NCBI GenBank assembly: GCA_049512815.1 | Contig: JBEKWS010000020.1 | Span: 13,093-77,092, forward strand | Direction: 5' to 3' | Length of the DNA stretch: 64,000 bases | Source of the DNA: Bacteroidales bacterium | GTDB lineage: Bacteria > Bacteroidota > Bacteroidia > Bacteroidales > VadinHA17 | Shown: piece by piece, positions 20,063 to 30,624 of the stretch | How positions within the stretch are numbered: the first letter of the stretch is position 1 | Layout of the letters: every line of letters begins with the position of its first letter | Notes under the pieces: model-generated | Seen by the model: the letters and a program-made list of their open reading frames with translations, nothing else | Databases searched by the model: none | What the model was told of the DNA's origin: nothing | Translations under genes and position numbers: made by a program

Positions 20063-21115
20063 ATGAAAAAAAATACCGGTATACTGTTATCATTACTTGT
20101 TATTCTTATGTTTAATTACTCCTGTAACAGGTCGTCCTCTCACAGGAGCTCAAGGATATTGCCTAAGCCTCCTGCATATTTCTCAGAGGGAAGAGCCGAG
20201 GATCAGGGTAAGGTGATGCCTGTTAAAAACATGAAGAATGAAAAAATAAGGATCGCTTTCCTTGCAATGGAGACCAATCCGTGGTGGACTCCTGTAAAAG
20301 AAGGAGTAATGGAAGCCAGAGACATCCTGAAGGATTTCAATACTGATGTTGACTGGATAGTCGCGGGTGATCGTCATACTGCTGACGTGTTCGGGATTGC
20401 TGTTGAGGCAGCAATAGCTCAAAATTACGATGGTATTGCCTGTCTTGCCGGCGATGAAGGTATGATACCGTTTATACAAAAAGCATTCAAGGCCAATGTT
20501 GCTGTTGCCACATATAATTCGGAAACAAACAAAGAATCTCCAAGGGTATTTTTTGTAGGAGCAGACAATTATAAGCAGGGCAGGGAATGTGGCGAAAAAA
20601 TGGCACAGCTGATTGGCGGGAAGGGGACAGTTGCTATTATAACAGGATTTTTTGCGGTGGAAGCACATGAATTAAGGCGAAAAGGTTTTAAGGATGTCAT
20701 CGCAGAAAAATATCCCGATATAAAAATTGTGGGGGAAGTAGAAAATGTCGATCTGGCAGATATTGCTTATACACAGGCGATGGATTTCATGAGTTCTTTT
20801 CCTGATCTTTCCGGAATTTATATTACTGCCAGTGGCCAGTTTGGAGCAGCTAATGCTGTAAAGGACAGTGGCAAAAAAGGCTCGGTTAAGGTTGTTTGTC
20901 ATGATTTCCTGCCTGAAACGGTGGGTCTTGTCAGGGAGGGTGTGATTCAGGGCTTAATTGATCAGAGTACAAAATTACAGGGTCGGGATGTCGTCATCCG
21001 CCTTTATAACTATATTGCCGGAGGTATTGTTCCTCCTTTTGGAAAACTCCTTTTAGACACTCCAATGGCCACTCCCGGAAATATAGATCAAATTCTGCCC
21101 GATTCAGGTAAGTAA
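20063..21115 (+). CDS. Sugar ABC transporter substrate-binding lipoprotein (RbsB/LacI-fold periplasmic binding protein)
   Basis: A 350-aa protein with a lipobox-like N-terminus (..MFNYSC). The body is type-1 PBP-like (..IRIAFLAM.., ..GIACLAGDEGMIP.., ..GTVAIITGF..). It starts 3 nt after the permease stop. Confidence 0.75.
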   Translation: MKKNTGILLSLLVILMFNYSCNRSSSHRSSRILPKPPAYFSEGRAEDQGKVMPVKNMKNEKIRIAFLAMETNPWWTPVKEGVMEARDILKDFNTDVDWIVAGDRHTADVFGIAVEAAIAQNYDGIACLAGDEGMIPFIQKAFKANVAVATYNSETNKESPRVFFVGADNYKQGRECGEKMAQLIGGKGTVAIITGFFAVEAHELRRKGFKDVIAEKYPDIKIVGEVENVDLADIAYTQAMDFMSSFPDLSGIYITASGQFGAANAVKDSGKKGSVKVVCHDFLPETVGLVREGVIQGLIDQSTKLQGRDVVIRLYNYIAGGIVPPFGKLLLDTPMATPGNIDQILPDSGK

Positions 21116-21155
21116 AGAACTCTTATTATTTCAAATGATATCAGGTTAAAACGTA

Positions 21156-22679
21156 ATGTCTGTAAAATCAGATTATATTCTGGAAGTAAAGGGAATCTCC
21201 AAGAACTTTGGAGGTATAAAGGCATTGAACAATGTCGATCTGACGCTGTATCGCGGTGAAGTACATGCAGTAATAGGCGAAAATGGCGCAGGGAAGACAA
21301 CCCTGATGAATATTATCGGAGGGATACTAAAGCAGGATGAAGGTTTACTGATGTTCAATGGAGAAAAAGTTGAATTCAATTCACCACTGGAAGCCTTTAG
21401 AAAAGGTATCGCCACCATTCACCAGGAATTGACAATGATGCCTCATTTAAATGTCATGGAAAACATTTTTATGGGGCGAATGAAAAAGTTCAATATTTCG
21501 CACCTCGGTTTTATCAATTATCAAAAGCTGATAGGCTCGGCCAGGGAAGCGCTGGATTTAATAAATTTCTCTACGGATCCGAAAAGTTGTGTGAAAGATC
21601 TGAGTATATCGGAACGGCAGGGTATTGAAATCATTAAAGCGCTTTCAGGTGATGCGAGTATTATTATAATGGATGAACCTAATTCTTCCCTGACTGATTT
21701 GGAAACAAAGCAGCTGTTCAGCATAATCGGGAGATTAACCAAGAGAGGCGTATCAGTTGTTTATGTCTCCCACAAAATTGAGGAAGTACTGCAGATTGCA
21801 GACAGAATCACCATTTTGCGCGACGGTCAGTCTGCAGGGACTATTGAAAGAAAAGAAGCCACTGTTACACGTTTATTCAGTATGATTGCCGGACGCGAGA
21901 TGAAGAACCCTCATCCAAGAATTATCCATAAATCTGACCATATTCTCTTGCAAGTTAATGCTCTGGGAGGTAACGGGTTCCGTAACATCAGCTTTGATCT
22001 CTCCAAAGGCGAAATACTTGGATTTTACGGTCTTGTCGGATCCGGCAGAAGCGAACTTGGACGTGCATTATTTGGCGCTGACCCCGTTGAAGAAGGGACA
22101 GTAACCCTTTCCGGTAAATTATTATCCATAGATTCACCCATGGAAGCAATTGCGAACGGAATAGCCATGGTCCCTGAAGACCGAAAGGAACAGGCTCTCT
22201 TCATGAATCTCCCGGTTAGATCAAATATGACCATTTCACATCTGCCGGAATTAAGTCACCTTAATTTTTTCATCAGATCATCATCTGAGAACAAAGAAAT
22301 AAACAATTATATCAGGCTGCTGAACATTAAATTAAAAGAGCCGTCGCAGCTCATAAGTTCTCTCAGTGGTGGAAATCAGCAAAAGGTTATGCTTGCACGT
22401 AATCTTATGATTGATCCCAGGATCATCATACTGGATGAACCTACCCAGGGTATAGACGTCGGAGCCAGGGAAGAGATCTATCAGCTGATCGACAGCTTGG
22501 CAGCAAAAGGGATGGGTATTATTTTTATTTCTTCAGAAATACCCGAAATTATGACTGTATCGGACAGAATAGCCGTTCTGCACGAAGGACGGTTAGCCGG
22601 ATTACTAAGAAGGGAAGAGGTCACAGAGAAGAAACTCATTGCGTTTGCCACCGGATACAGCCTTAAGATAACAGTATGA
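21156..22679 (+). CDS. Sugar ABC transporter ATPase with duplicated ATP-binding cassettes (RbsA-like)
   Basis: A 507-aa protein with Walker A GENGAGKTT, ABC signatures LSISERQ and LSGGNQQK, and Walker B motifs IIIMDEP and IIILDEP. Confidence 0.9.
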   Translation: MSVKSDYILEVKGISKNFGGIKALNNVDLTLYRGEVHAVIGENGAGKTTLMNIIGGILKQDEGLLMFNGEKVEFNSPLEAFRKGIATIHQELTMMPHLNVMENIFMGRMKKFNISHLGFINYQKLIGSAREALDLINFSTDPKSCVKDLSISERQGIEIIKALSGDASIIIMDEPNSSLTDLETKQLFSIIGRLTKRGVSVVYVSHKIEEVLQIADRITILRDGQSAGTIERKEATVTRLFSMIAGREMKNPHPRIIHKSDHILLQVNALGGNGFRNISFDLSKGEILGFYGLVGSGRSELGRALFGADPVEEGTVTLSGKLLSIDSPMEAIANGIAMVPEDRKEQALFMNLPVRSNMTISHLPELSHLNFFIRSSSENKEINNYIRLLNIKLKEPSQLISSLSGGNQQKVMLARNLMIDPRIIILDEPTQGIDVGAREEIYQLIDSLAAKGMGIIFISSEIPEIMTVSDRIAVLHEGRLAGLLRREEVTEKKLIAFATGYSLKITV

Positions 22680-22719
22680 ATCGGATATGCAATAGAAACA
22701 GGAATTTTCAGCAAGGATC

Positions 22720-24222
22720 ATGAAATCAGAAATCGTTGTCGGAATAGATAGCAGTACCACTGCCACAAAGGCAATAGCCTGGGATATTAATGGTAAGTAC
22801 ATTGCCGGAGGAAGCAGTCCGATACGATTGTCTTCCCCTCAGTCAAATTATTACGAACAGAATCCTGATGATTGGTGGAGTTCTCTGGTGGAGTCTCTGC
22901 AGGAACTTACATATCAGGTTGATAAAGGAAGAATTACTGCTCTCGCAATATCGAATCAAAGGGAAACATTTGTCGGATTGGATAAGGATGGCAAACCTGT
23001 GAGACCTGCTATCACCTGGCTCGATGAACGATGCAAAAGCCAGGTAGATAAATTCGCAAAAATAATAGGGGAGGATCACATCCATCAGATTACCGGCAAG
23101 CCAAAGGATTATGCACCGGTGGTATATCGTTTAGCCTGGATGAAAGATAATGAAAGGGATCTCTTCAGGAAGGTGGCCAATTTCTGCGATGTACACACCT
23201 ATCTCGTTAATAAATTAACAGGACACTACAAAACAAGCTGGGCAAGCGCAGACCCAATGGGGATATTTGATCTTGAAAATAAGACATGGTCGCTGGAAAT
23301 CCTTAACCAGCTTAATATTACCCCCCGGCAATTACCTGATGTATTCCCCCCCGGGACTGTTTTAGGACATGTTACCAGGGAAGCTGCAGAAACCACAGGG
23401 TTAAAAAGCGGTACAAAGGTAGTTGCAGGAGGTGGTGATGGTCAGGCAGCAGGAGTGGGCGTTAACGCGCTTACCCCTGGACGGGCATACTTGAACCTGG
23501 GCACTGCGGTAGTTTCAGGGACATTTACTAAGAACTATATAACCGACAGGAGTTTCCGTACAATGGCATGTTGCGCAGAGGAAGGATATTATTGTGAGAC
23601 AAGCCTGCGTTCAGGTACATTTCTGATTGACTGGTTTATACAGCAGATGCTGAAAATCGATCCTAACCATAAACCTGAGATTTACAGGCAACTGGAGGAA
23701 GAAGCGCAACAAGTTGAACCTGGCAGTGAAGGACTCATGATCCTGCCTTACTGGAATGCAGTTATGAACCCATACTGGGATCCGGATGCCCGCGGATGTA
23801 TAGTCGGTCTCACTTCAGGTCATCACAGAGGTCATTTGTACAGGGCAATACTGGAAGGAATTGCAATGGAACAGTCCCTGGCCACGGAAGCTGTGGAAAG
23901 GGCAATTGGGGAAAGGACTAAAGAATTTGCAATAATAGGCGGAGGGGCAAAGAGCGATTTATGGCGACAAATTATTGCCGATACCAGTGGAAAAAAAGTG
24001 CTGACTATGTCTTCTGATGAAGCTTCCTCCCTGGGTGCCGGTATATCAGCAGCCGTTGCTGCCGGATGGTTCCCTTCATTTGTGGAGGCTGCTCATAATA
24101 TGGTTCATGTTAAAGGTATAACTGAACCAGACTCTCAAAATGCAGGACAATACCATAATCAGTTATTCAAATACAGGAAGATATATCCTGCAATCAGAGA
24201 AATATATAAGCCCGGCACTTAA
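22720..24222 (+). CDS. FGGY-family carbohydrate kinase (xylulokinase-like)
   Basis: A 500-aa protein with an N-terminal VVGIDSSTTATKAIAWD motif and the FGGY C-terminal region ..IIGGGAKSDLWRQIIADTSG... Confidence 0.85.
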   Translation: MKSEIVVGIDSSTTATKAIAWDINGKYIAGGSSPIRLSSPQSNYYEQNPDDWWSSLVESLQELTYQVDKGRITALAISNQRETFVGLDKDGKPVRPAITWLDERCKSQVDKFAKIIGEDHIHQITGKPKDYAPVVYRLAWMKDNERDLFRKVANFCDVHTYLVNKLTGHYKTSWASADPMGIFDLENKTWSLEILNQLNITPRQLPDVFPPGTVLGHVTREAAETTGLKSGTKVVAGGGDGQAAGVGVNALTPGRAYLNLGTAVVSGTFTKNYITDRSFRTMACCAEEGYYCETSLRSGTFLIDWFIQQMLKIDPNHKPEIYRQLEEEAQQVEPGSEGLMILPYWNAVMNPYWDPDARGCIVGLTSGHHRGHLYRAILEGIAMEQSLATEAVERAIGERTKEFAIIGGGAKSDLWRQIIADTSGKKVLTMSSDEASSLGAGISAAVAAGWFPSFVEAAHNMVHVKGITEPDSQNAGQYHNQLFKYRKIYPAIREIYKPGT

Positions 24223-24293
24223 ACAGAAAGTGTGATGCGACCTTGCAGTTTGTTTTTTTCATATACTTCCCTGGAAAAGATTACAGAATCTTT

Positions 24294-24334
24294 GAAAAAA
24301 AAACTAAGGAGTCAAATCTATAATGACTCCTTAG
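24294..24334 (-). terminator. Intrinsic terminator downstream of the susD-like gene
   Basis: A perfect 11-bp stem ctaaggagtca/tgactccttag. On the minus strand it is followed by a T9 run. Confidence 0.8.
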
Positions 24335-24396
24335 TCTTAATCTTATTCTGTTTTAATCAAAATTACTTACTGAATGATGTTTCCATTTAAGAGGTT

Positions 24397-26007
24397 CTAC
24401 TGTTTATCCCAGAACACTCTTGCTATTAAATTATCTGTGCCACCCATAGCTGTTACTGCAGCCTGGTAGTTCACTTGATTTTTAGACGATTCAGCATCAG
24501 GATAAGTAAATCTGTGAACATATCCGTCACCACCATTTGCCAGAAGCGCGTCATTATAACTATTACGAGTCAAAGTGGGGAAACCAGTTCTTCTGTAGTT
24601 GGCCCAGGCTTCCGGACTCATCAGGAAACTAGCTATCCAGTATTGTGTGTTGATCTGTTTAAGAGCGTTAGCAGGATCATATAACACACCAGATTGTGCA
24701 ATATAGGCATCCTGTTCTGCCACGGAAACTGAAGGAAGTATAGGAACTGCGGTATTTGTGGGTTTAGTCTTGGCTATAACTAAAGAATAAGCACTCATGT
24801 CCGCTCTTATTCCAGCTTCATAATATTGCTTGGCAGCAACATCACCACCGGTGATCCAACCTCTATTTGCCGCCTCTGCAAGTAGCAAAGAAGTCTGAGC
24901 ATAGGTCACATAAAAAGAAGGGGTTGTCAAAGATGCCGCCACGTTTACGTTCGCCTGTGAATAATCAAACCCTGAAGCCTTAGGCCCTCTATAACCAAGG
25001 GCAACAGTAAGATTAGCGTTGGGAATCCCTACCGGAAGACCAAACTGAGCTGCTACATTAGTATTGGGGGCAGGATCATTTAACGGAGCATTTGGATCTG
25101 CAAATGATGCGACCATATACTTGCTACGTGGATCACTGGTTGATTTCAATTGATTTACGAAAGGCTCTGCTATATAATAGAATCTCGGGTTGTTATTTAT
25201 CAAACCACCGTTACCAGTATTTGTAAAAAGTGTGCCATCGTAAACCACTAGCGCATTGTCATTATTCGATGTCATCACTCCACCATTAAATGCTTGAGCC
25301 ACTATTGATGCAGCTTTGGTGGGATTTAGCTTAGAATAGCGCATTCCTAATCTTAGCAGCAACGAATTACCAAGTTTTTTCCATTGCGCCACTTGTGCGG
25401 CTGCATTGGTAATGGGAATATAAGCTTTTGCCCCATAAAAAAGGTCAGCAGAAACGTAATCACCGGCAGGATCCAATTTACTTAATGCGTCTGTTATCTC
25501 GAGGTAAAGGTCATCATAGATAGCCGCATTATTGTCATATGGAGGGAAGAAGGATGTTTCACCTTCAATGGCAGCCAGGCCTGTCTTAAAGTAAGGTACA
25601 TCCCCGTAAGTGTCAACAATGTTCATAAAGACCGAAGCTTTGTAGATACGGGTTATGCTCTGTAAATTAACTTTAGTGGTAGTCCCTTTCAACATATTCA
25701 AAATTTGAACAAATGCTTTGACCGCACCTGTATACTGGCCCCAGGAGCCGTTCTGGGTCCCGTCAATGTTTTCATTAAAATTGAAACCCAGTGTGGCTCC
25801 AAGGTTATACGGAATAACAAATTGCTGAACTATCGTACTTTCTGAATCCCAACCACCAAGGTAGGGTTCTACTCCGGCAAGCAAAAGCGCCGGATCAATG
25901 GTAGTTATTGCAAATGGATCTGTGTTGACTTCCACAAAACCCTTATCGCATCCTCCAATCAAAAGCAGGAATGCACTTAAAAATATTAATTGTCTTATCT
26001 TTTTCAT
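24397..26007 (-). CDS. SusD/RagB-family nutrient-binding outer-membrane lipoprotein
   Basis: A 536-aa protein with a lipobox (..LLIGGC). It lies immediately downstream (5 nt) of a SusC-like gene and has a typical SusD-like N-terminus, ..FVEVNTDPFAITTIDPALLL... Confidence 0.85.
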   Translation of the reverse strand: MKKIRQLIFLSAFLLLIGGCDKGFVEVNTDPFAITTIDPALLLAGVEPYLGGWDSESTIVQQFVIPYNLGATLGFNFNENIDGTQNGSWGQYTGAVKAFVQILNMLKGTTTKVNLQSITRIYKASVFMNIVDTYGDVPYFKTGLAAIEGETSFFPPYDNNAAIYDDLYLEITDALSKLDPAGDYVSADLFYGAKAYIPITNAAAQVAQWKKLGNSLLLRLGMRYSKLNPTKAASIVAQAFNGGVMTSNNDNALVVYDGTLFTNTGNGGLINNNPRFYYIAEPFVNQLKSTSDPRSKYMVASFADPNAPLNDPAPNTNVAAQFGLPVGIPNANLTVALGYRGPKASGFDYSQANVNVAASLTTPSFYVTYAQTSLLLAEAANRGWITGGDVAAKQYYEAGIRADMSAYSLVIAKTKPTNTAVPILPSVSVAEQDAYIAQSGVLYDPANALKQINTQYWIASFLMSPEAWANYRRTGFPTLTRNSYNDALLANGGDGYVHRFTYPDAESSKNQVNYQAAVTAMGGTDNLIARVFWDKQ

Positions 26008-26012
26008 AATCC

Positions 26013-29000
26013 TTAGAATTTAACATTTAAAGCAAACATAAAATCTCGGGTTGTTAGTAATGATGAATTCTCATAACCAGATCTCGTGTCTCCCGAAGAT
26101 TGAATGGCTTCAGGGTCAAGGTTAGGAATATCCTTATAAAGAATTGCCACATTACGACAAGAAACTTGCAGCGATAATCCCTTGACAAAGCCGAGGAAAG
26201 CCGCTTTCTTTACAACATCGGTGAGATTATATGATAACGTAATGCTTCTCAACTTAACAAAATCTGATTTAAATGTGAAAGGATCCCCGATTTGAAGATT
26301 TCGGTAATCTCCGTAAAAGCCCTGCAGATCTGTAACCACAGTAGTGTTGGGTTGGCCGGTGGATTGATAAACACCAGGAAATACCAGACCAGTTTCTCCC
26401 TCTCTGCGACCCTCCAGTGAAAGATCGGACATTCCCTGTCTTGTCATATTTAAGTATGTAGATGATAGTACTGTTCCTCCCAGCTTGTAGTCGATGAATA
26501 CACCAAGAGAAAGATTTTTGTAGGTAAAGGTGTTGTTCCAACCACCTGTGTGTTTTGGGATCGAACTTCCAACAGGTACAGTAGTAGGCGATGCGAGCAA
26601 TCTACCGTTGTTTTGAACGAGAATATCACCATTATCATTTCTCAAATATGTTTTTGTATACAATTGGTTCATCGGCATTCCCACCGTGTAATGCAATTCT
26701 CCAAGAAACTCGTTACCGGTACCATTATAGTAAATTACAAGTAAATCCTTAATTGGTGTCCCATCCGGGTTCTTGCCAACGGAGAGTACTTCTGTTTTCA
26801 AATAAGTAGTGTTCCAGGCAGTCGTCCAGCTGAAGTTTTTCGTTTCTACAGGTGTATACTCTATTAATAATTCCACACCGCTGTTCTTTAATGAGCCAAT
26901 ATTTTGTTTGGAAGTAGTATATCCGGATGCATCAGAAAGGTTAATACTCATTATCTGGTCAGTTGTCACCTTGTTAAAGTATCCAATATCAAAATGCAAC
27001 CTGTTGTCAAGCAACCTCGCTTCCAAACCTATTTCTTTTTCAGTTACGGTAAATGGTTGCAATGCCGGATTAGGAGCGCTTGTGGGCGCAATACTTGCTG
27101 TAGTCTGACCATTAAATTGGTTAGCACCAATACTATAGGTCAGGAGTCCATCATATGCGTTTACACCATTTGAGCTACCTACCTGGGCCCACGAACCTCT
27201 CAGTTTGCCGTATGAGAGCCATTTCTGGTCCTTCAACAATTCTGAGAAAACAAAACTACCTGACACTGATGGATAAAACTTAAAATTATTTTCTGGATTT
27301 AATACAGAGAACCAGTCATTTCTACCCGTAAAATTGAGGTAAAACATTGAGTTATATCCAATCTCGGCCAATCCATAAAGTGAATTAACCCGTGTTTGGC
27401 TAAAACTATAAGTTGGGGTTTTAGTAACCCCGTTTGAAATGGAGAAAAGGTCTCTGACGGTAAGATTTGTGGCGGTCTCACTAAAATTGTGAGTTTTGTA
27501 TCTAAATGTGTTTCCCCCAAAACTTGCATCTACAGAAAATTTATTAATCTTCTTGCTTACACCCACAAGGAAATCAGCATTTACGTTAGTCTGCCAGAAT
27601 TCTACAACATTATAACTTCCTTTATAAGTACCATCTGAATTTGTTGGAATACTGGTTGCTATACCGCCAGGACTCTTGGTCTCTGCGAAACTGATGGCAT
27701 AATCGTAGTTATACCTGCCCTGAGCATACAGCCAATCGGTTATATCATAACGTATGGTAGTTGTCCCCAGAAAACGGTCTCTCGTGTTGATATATGAAGC
27801 ACCTGCTGCCATAGCATAGTAGGGGTTGAGAATTGTACCCTGAAAACCTGAAGTTACCGCCTCAGTTCCCGTAGCAGGGTTGGTGTTATTATATCTTAAA
27901 TTCGCCAGTGGAATGGATTGAGCCAACCGGGTGAGGAAGTTCATGGAACCAGCTCCCTGTTGTCCGATTTGCGGTGGGTTAATGTAGTTTTCTTTTGTGT
28001 AGTTGATATTCGTGGAAAACTTGAGTTTTTTAGTAATGTCGTAATTGACCCCTATGTTGAAAGTATTCTTTTTATATTCATTTGACGGTTCAATACCTGA
28101 GCCAGTCGTGTTTGAGAATGAGGCCCTGAAGCTACCATTGGCGTTACCACCTGACATTGCTACTGTGTTGTTGGAAACTTTTCCGAGTTGAAAATAGTCT
28201 CCCACCCTGTGTGGCTGAAATGAGTAGGGTACTACTGATCCATCAAAAAGGTAAACGTCCGAACCATCTAACTTTGCGCCCCAGCTTAATTGACCATTAC
28301 CAGCGGCTTCTGCCTGAGAGGCTGGTTTCTTTCCCGCTAATCCCTCACCATATACCTTTTGGAAGTCAAAGAAATCCAAAGCCTTCTGCAAAGTATAACT
28401 GGTAGAATATTCAACACCGATACTCTGATTTTTTTGACCGGATTTTGTGGTAATGATGATAGCACCATTTGCTGCCCGTGAACCATAAATTGCGGCGGCT
28501 GTCGCACCTTTTAATACAGTCATGCTTTCAATGTCATCAGGGTTAACATTACTCATATTATCCCCTAAGTCACGCTGATTAGCACCATCTGCACCCCGGG
28601 CACCCTGATCCATGGGAAGGCCATTAATTACAATTAATGGAGCATTATTTGCTCCTGTGAAAGCAGCCTGTCCACGTAAACGTATTTGCGAACTACCACC
28701 AACACCGGAAGCCGGAAGCGTTATGTTCAGACCTGCAACCTTTCCTTCAAGCGACGACATCATGTTGGCAGATTTGCTTGCCAGCAGTTCTTCCGTTTTA
28801 ACAGATGTTGCTGAATAACCAAGACTTTTTGATTCTCTCTTAATACCAAGTGCCGTTACTACGACTTCGTTCATCTGTTGCATGGCTTCTTCAAGGGCAA
28901 CATCGATAGTTGTTTGCGTTCCAACAGTCACCTCTTTTTGCTTCAAGCCAATAAATGAGAATTGCAAAATTGCCTCATTGTTAGGTACCGGGATAGAATA

Positions 29001-29177
29001 TCGCCCGTTGATGTCAGTAGTAATTCCGGTAGTAGTTCCTTTAACAAGAACAGTAACCCCCGTCAGCGCGGTATTATCTGTAGTTTTGGTAACTCTACCC
29101 GTAATTGTCCGTTGAGCAAAAGCAACCTGTAATCCCGCGAACAACAGGAGTACAAGAAGTGTTGTCAGTTTTCTCAT
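26013..29177 (-). CDS. SusC/RagA-family TonB-dependent outer-membrane transporter
   Basis: A 1054-aa protein with an N-terminal carboxypeptidase-regulatory-like domain (RTITGRVTKTTDNTALTGVTVLVKGT), the plug region NEVVVTALGIKRESKSLGYS and a C-terminal beta-barrel ending ..FALNVKF. Confidence 0.95.
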   Translation of the reverse strand: MRKLTTLLVLLLFAGLQVAFAQRTITGRVTKTTDNTALTGVTVLVKGTTTGITTDINGRYSIPVPNNEAILQFSFIGLKQKEVTVGTQTTIDVALEEAMQQMNEVVVTALGIKRESKSLGYSATSVKTEELLASKSANMMSSLEGKVAGLNITLPASGVGGSSQIRLRGQAAFTGANNAPLIVINGLPMDQGARGADGANQRDLGDNMSNVNPDDIESMTVLKGATAAAIYGSRAANGAIIITTKSGQKNQSIGVEYSTSYTLQKALDFFDFQKVYGEGLAGKKPASQAEAAGNGQLSWGAKLDGSDVYLFDGSVVPYSFQPHRVGDYFQLGKVSNNTVAMSGGNANGSFRASFSNTTGSGIEPSNEYKKNTFNIGVNYDITKKLKFSTNINYTKENYINPPQIGQQGAGSMNFLTRLAQSIPLANLRYNNTNPATGTEAVTSGFQGTILNPYYAMAAGASYINTRDRFLGTTTIRYDITDWLYAQGRYNYDYAISFAETKSPGGIATSIPTNSDGTYKGSYNVVEFWQTNVNADFLVGVSKKINKFSVDASFGGNTFRYKTHNFSETATNLTVRDLFSISNGVTKTPTYSFSQTRVNSLYGLAEIGYNSMFYLNFTGRNDWFSVLNPENNFKFYPSVSGSFVFSELLKDQKWLSYGKLRGSWAQVGSSNGVNAYDGLLTYSIGANQFNGQTTASIAPTSAPNPALQPFTVTEKEIGLEARLLDNRLHFDIGYFNKVTTDQIMSINLSDASGYTTSKQNIGSLKNSGVELLIEYTPVETKNFSWTTAWNTTYLKTEVLSVGKNPDGTPIKDLLVIYYNGTGNEFLGELHYTVGMPMNQLYTKTYLRNDNGDILVQNNGRLLASPTTVPVGSSIPKHTGGWNNTFTYKNLSLGVFIDYKLGGTVLSSTYLNMTRQGMSDLSLEGRREGETGLVFPGVYQSTGQPNTTVVTDLQGFYGDYRNLQIGDPFTFKSDFVKLRSITLSYNLTDVVKKAAFLGFVKGLSLQVSCRNVAILYKDIPNLDPEAIQSSGDTRSGYENSSLLTTRDFMFALNVKF

Positions 29178-29215
29178 AGTTTTAGTAGGTTAGGTTAATA
29201 ATTAATAAAAATATT

Positions 29216-30531
29216 CACTAATGTCCGATTAATACCAGCTAATTTTCAGCTGTTTATCATATAGTTCTTTGACATCTTTATAATTCTGATTTGTAAGTAG
29301 CTCATTTATTGGCGTTTTGTCAAATAGAGATATGCTCAAAATTTGTAATATTTCGTAGGTTGAACGATCAACTTTCAATTTGTTACGAACTAATGCGACC
29401 AAGCAGTAAGTAATTATTGCAGAATAAACCTGTATTTTGACCGCATTCATGCTTGTACCCCAAAATGATTTGATTTTCAAGTGTTGTTTTATCCATTTGA
29501 AGAAAAGTTCCACCTTCCATCGGTATTTGTAAAGTTAAGCAATTTCTTCTGAAGATAGTTTGAAGTTATTGGATAAAAATTCAAGTTCATTATCTGTTTC
29601 TTCATCGTAAAACTTAATAAGACGAAGTTTTTCCGGATATTTCTTAGACACATAAAATCCAGTAAGCTTTCCAATTTGATCGAGCAAAACGCCAGTCTCC
29701 TTATTGACTTTGTTTGAATAAATTCTTTGGAACTGGAGGTTGTCTTTAGCTCTGCATACAAAGAAGGCTGAACTTTGGTGGATCCTGAAGAGTCGAGCAT
29801 AATCGACGTATCCCCTATCAAAAATGTAATAACCGCCTGGTTCATAATATAATAAATCCATAGCTCTCATATCATTCATTGAAGCGGCGGATATATGGAT
29901 AAAACAAGGGATGGAGGTCTTAATATCATATAAGGTATGCAATTTGATTCCTCCCTTTGTTTTACGGAATTCGGCCCACCAGAACATACTCAAGCACAAA
30001 TCAATGGTTGAAGAATCGAAGGCATATACATTTCCTTCAATGTTCAACTGAAAATCCTGATCTACTATTGAAGATTTACGTGCTTGTTCGATTAAATGAA
30101 AGGCGTAATCTTCAAAAATTCTACAGTCACGTTTCTCATTGGCATTGGCAAAATTGGATCTTGAAGTACCTTTTCCAAATCCAAGATGATAGTACTTAGG
30201 TCTGTGAGGTTCTAAACTAACCATAAGATCTCTAAAACTCTCTCTGCCGGCAATTTGACCAAATACCATACTGAGAAGTTGATTCCAGCAGGAAAAGTGC
30301 TTAATGTATTGATTGCCACTGTATTCATATACCAAACGATCAAATACACGCTGAGGTAAAAAATCTGCAAGTTGGGCGAAAACATATTTGCCTTGATTCA
30401 TGGATTTTTGCTTTTAACAAAGCTAAAACCACGAATTTCAATTCAAATCGTCACGCAACTAAAAAGCTCTACAAGCCAGATATATCAAGGATTTCAAAGA
30501 ACGTTATATAATTTTAATCGGACACTAGTGA
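29216..30531 (-). mobile_element. IS4-family insertion sequence (~1.3 kb) with terminal inverted repeats and a 7-bp target duplication
   Basis: 18-bp IRs tcactaatgtccgattaa (29216-29233) and ttaatcggacactagtga (30514-30531) with 1 mismatch. They are flanked by the direct repeat AAAATAT (29209-29215 and 30532-30538). The element encloses a DDE transposase frame. Confidence 0.85.
29229..30401 (-). pseudogene. IS4-family (DUF4372 + DDE_Tnp_1 type) transposase interrupted by one in-frame TAA
   Basis: The 288-aa ORF (MNQGKYVFAQLADFL..CWNQLLSMVFGQIAGRESFRDL..) and the 94-aa ORF (..ELFFKWIKQHLKIKSFWG..) are in the same frame. Reading through gives ..SSEEIA*LYKYRWKVELFFKWIKQ.. with the stop at 29535-29537. 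Confidence 0.85.
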
Positions 30532-30624
30532 AAAATATTAGTAAACTAATATATTGAAAAGTTCGTTTTTATGGGTCATGCATTCTTTAAAATATCAGTC
30601 ATAATTGTTAAAGTTTCAATCACA

